A program made the position numbers and the translations under genes. 64,000 nt of DNA from an uncultured delta proteobacterium (GTDB lineage: Bacteria; Desulfobacterota; Binatia; Binatales; Binataceae). Below the pieces are notes generated by a model. That model ran no database searches and was not told the DNA's origin. It saw only the letters and a list, made by a program, of their open reading frames with translations. The stretch covers positions 480,001 through 544,000 of the forward strand of contig CAWCDG010000002.1 of assembly GCA_963794325.1 (NCBI GenBank), read 5' to 3'. Shown here piece by piece: positions 62,495-64,000 of this stretch (the stretch's first letter is position 1; each line of letters starts with the position of its first letter).

Positions 62495-63055
62495 ATGTCA
62501 GAAAAGCAAGATGACCTTGAAGCGGTGCGCGTCGTCACAGCAGCCCTAGAACCGTTCAACACAGAGGACCGCCATAGAATCATTCGGTGGGCGTCGGAAA
62601 AGCTTGGACTTACTAAACCGCCTGTTCAAGCGATCACACCCGCACATATGACACCGCCAGCGCCGAGTTCAACTGGTTCAGGGTCTCGCGGGGGGACTAT
62701 TAAACAGTTCATTGAGCAGAAAGACCCGAAGAGCGAGAATCAATTTGCCGCCACCGTTGCCTATTACTATCAATTCGAGGCGCCTGAGAATCAAAAGAAA
62801 GAAACGATAACGAGAGAAAATCTCCTAGAAGCCTGCCGACTCGCAGACCGGCCTCGGCTGAAGAACCCGGCACAAACGCTGGTCAACGCACACGGGGCTG
62901 GGCTTCTCGATAGGGGGGAAAAAGGAACGTACAGCATCAACACGGTCGGAGAAAACCTTGTCGCAATGACTCTTCCGGCTGGCGCGGCTGTTTCCGGTAA
63001 GACCAATATGAAGCGCCCTCGCCGTGCATCCAAGCCGAAGGTCCGCCGCAAATAG
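62495..63055 (+). CDS. Hypothetical protein with wHTH-like C-terminal domain
   Basis: Helical N-terminus, linker, QF...K.PKS...VAYYY...TL.NA...GLLD...Y.IN..GE; lower GC; GAGGAGG RBS. Confidence 0.65.
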   Translation: MSEKQDDLEAVRVVTAALEPFNTEDRHRIIRWASEKLGLTKPPVQAITPAHMTPPAPSSTGSGSRGGTIKQFIEQKDPKSENQFAATVAYYYQFEAPENQKKETITRENLLEACRLADRPRLKNPAQTLVNAHGAGLLDRGEKGTYSINTVGENLVAMTLPAGAAVSGKTNMKRPRRASKPKVRRK

Positions 63056-63084
63056 GGTAAGCGTTAAGGTCCTCTGGATGCTGC

Positions 63085-63873
63085 ATGTCTGATCTGATCG
63101 AATCGATTGAGAATGCAATCTCGGAATCGAAACGTTTGCGAGCTCGTATTACAAAACTTAAATCCGCGCAGGTCCGTAATTCCGAGGACAAAGCGGTTAT
63201 CAAGGCCACCGCGTACGCTTGGTTCAGAAATCACCGTCCGGTTCTGCTAGCCGGGACTGACGAGGATTCTCTTGTTCAGTTAGATGCAGAATACAATTTC
63301 CTCGCGGACTCCTCAGAGCGCGCCACTTCGAAACTGATCTACATTCGCCAACTCAAAACGATGGTAGAGTTGCTCGTAGCACTGCGGCCCGCACTGCTGG
63401 CATGGCGCGCCAAACCGGCAAGCCCAGACGTACCACCGAACTTCGCTCCTCTAGTTCCCGATAAAGCTATGCAGGCCATTCTGGAACGGCGATGGGCGGA
63501 GTGCATAGCTTGCATCGAAGCTTCGGCTCCAATGGCCGCAACCGTAATGATGGGCGGCCTTCTTGAAACGTTACTTCTGGCCCGCATTCTTCGTGAAAGA
63601 GATAAGGACCCAATCTTCAAGGCCAACACTGCTCCAAAAGTTGCGGGTAAAGCTCTCCCACTCAAAGAATGGGGACTGCGAAATTTCATAGATGTCGCCC
63701 ACGAATTCGGTTGGATTTCGCAGGGGGCGAAGGACGTGGGTGAAGTGCTTCGCGACTATCGAAACTACGTTCACCCGCAGAAGGAATACTCACACGGCAT
63801 CAAGTTGACCGCTGAGGACGCGATAATGTTTTGGGAGATCTCTAAAAGCATTTCACGCCAGGTCATTCGCTAA
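63085..63873 (+). CDS. Putative HEPN-domain protein
   Basis: AATVMMGGLLE helix and RDYRNYVHP (RNxxH) motif; lower GC. Confidence 0.7.
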   Translation: MSDLIESIENAISESKRLRARITKLKSAQVRNSEDKAVIKATAYAWFRNHRPVLLAGTDEDSLVQLDAEYNFLADSSERATSKLIYIRQLKTMVELLVALRPALLAWRAKPASPDVPPNFAPLVPDKAMQAILERRWAECIACIEASAPMAATVMMGGLLETLLLARILRERDKDPIFKANTAPKVAGKALPLKEWGLRNFIDVAHEFGWISQGAKDVGEVLRDYRNYVHPQKEYSHGIKLTAEDAIMFWEISKSISRQVIR

Positions 63874-63917
63874 ATGATAGCTCGCCGGGGCGCGGACACG
63901 GTTACTTAGTTCTTGAG

Positions 63918-64000
63918 TCAGAGCGGGATTGCGGTGCGGAACATTATGAAGCGGCCTAGCATTTCGCCGACCAGGACCGACATTACTGCGATGTAGAGCA
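63918..64000 (-). CDS. 3' end of a membrane protein extending beyond the window
   Basis: Minus strand reads LYIAVMSVLVGEMLGRFIMFRTAIPL*. Confidence 0.55.
   Translation of the reverse strand, partial: LYIAVMSVLVGEMLGRFIMFRTAIPL

Noticed and set aside
62292-64000. Prophage or ICE at the tRNA
   Set aside because: No integrase or phage genes; a host-like gene resumes at 63918

Overview
GC-rich bacterial chromosomal window. The gene style (Thr/Ala-linker surface proteins with C-terminal Ig-like domains, FEPD-type hypothetical) suggests Binatota/Deltaproteobacteria-like origin (inference). Core content: NAD-dependent Mo-formate dehydrogenase operon (fdsG-B-A::D-fdhD), radical SAM, thiE, ntrB/ntrC split by a ~5 kb accessory block, MltD-like transglycosylase, moeA, ispF, a type II restriction-modification pair, an NHL-repeat surface protein, a TetR-controlled aromatic meta-cleavage operon, aqpZ, CPA2 antiporter, CBS/CYTH genes, a cluster with sigma54-type promoters including an unusual DksA, two-component genes, an ABC efflux system, a metallophosphoesterase and tRNA-Arg(UCG). 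About ten single-base frameshifts in otherwise intact genes look like long-read errors. Best novelty candidates: (1) a putative BECR-like RNase gene with a convergent, independently promoted, pseudoknotted ~130-nt RNA (56.4-57.1 kb); (2) a wHTH-like + HEPN two-gene islet at the tRNA; (3) DksA with an acidic/AT-hook tail; (4) an FdsA-FdsD fusion; (5) a shared palindromic motif heading two accessory blocks. All family assignments are from motif recognition only, with no searches run.
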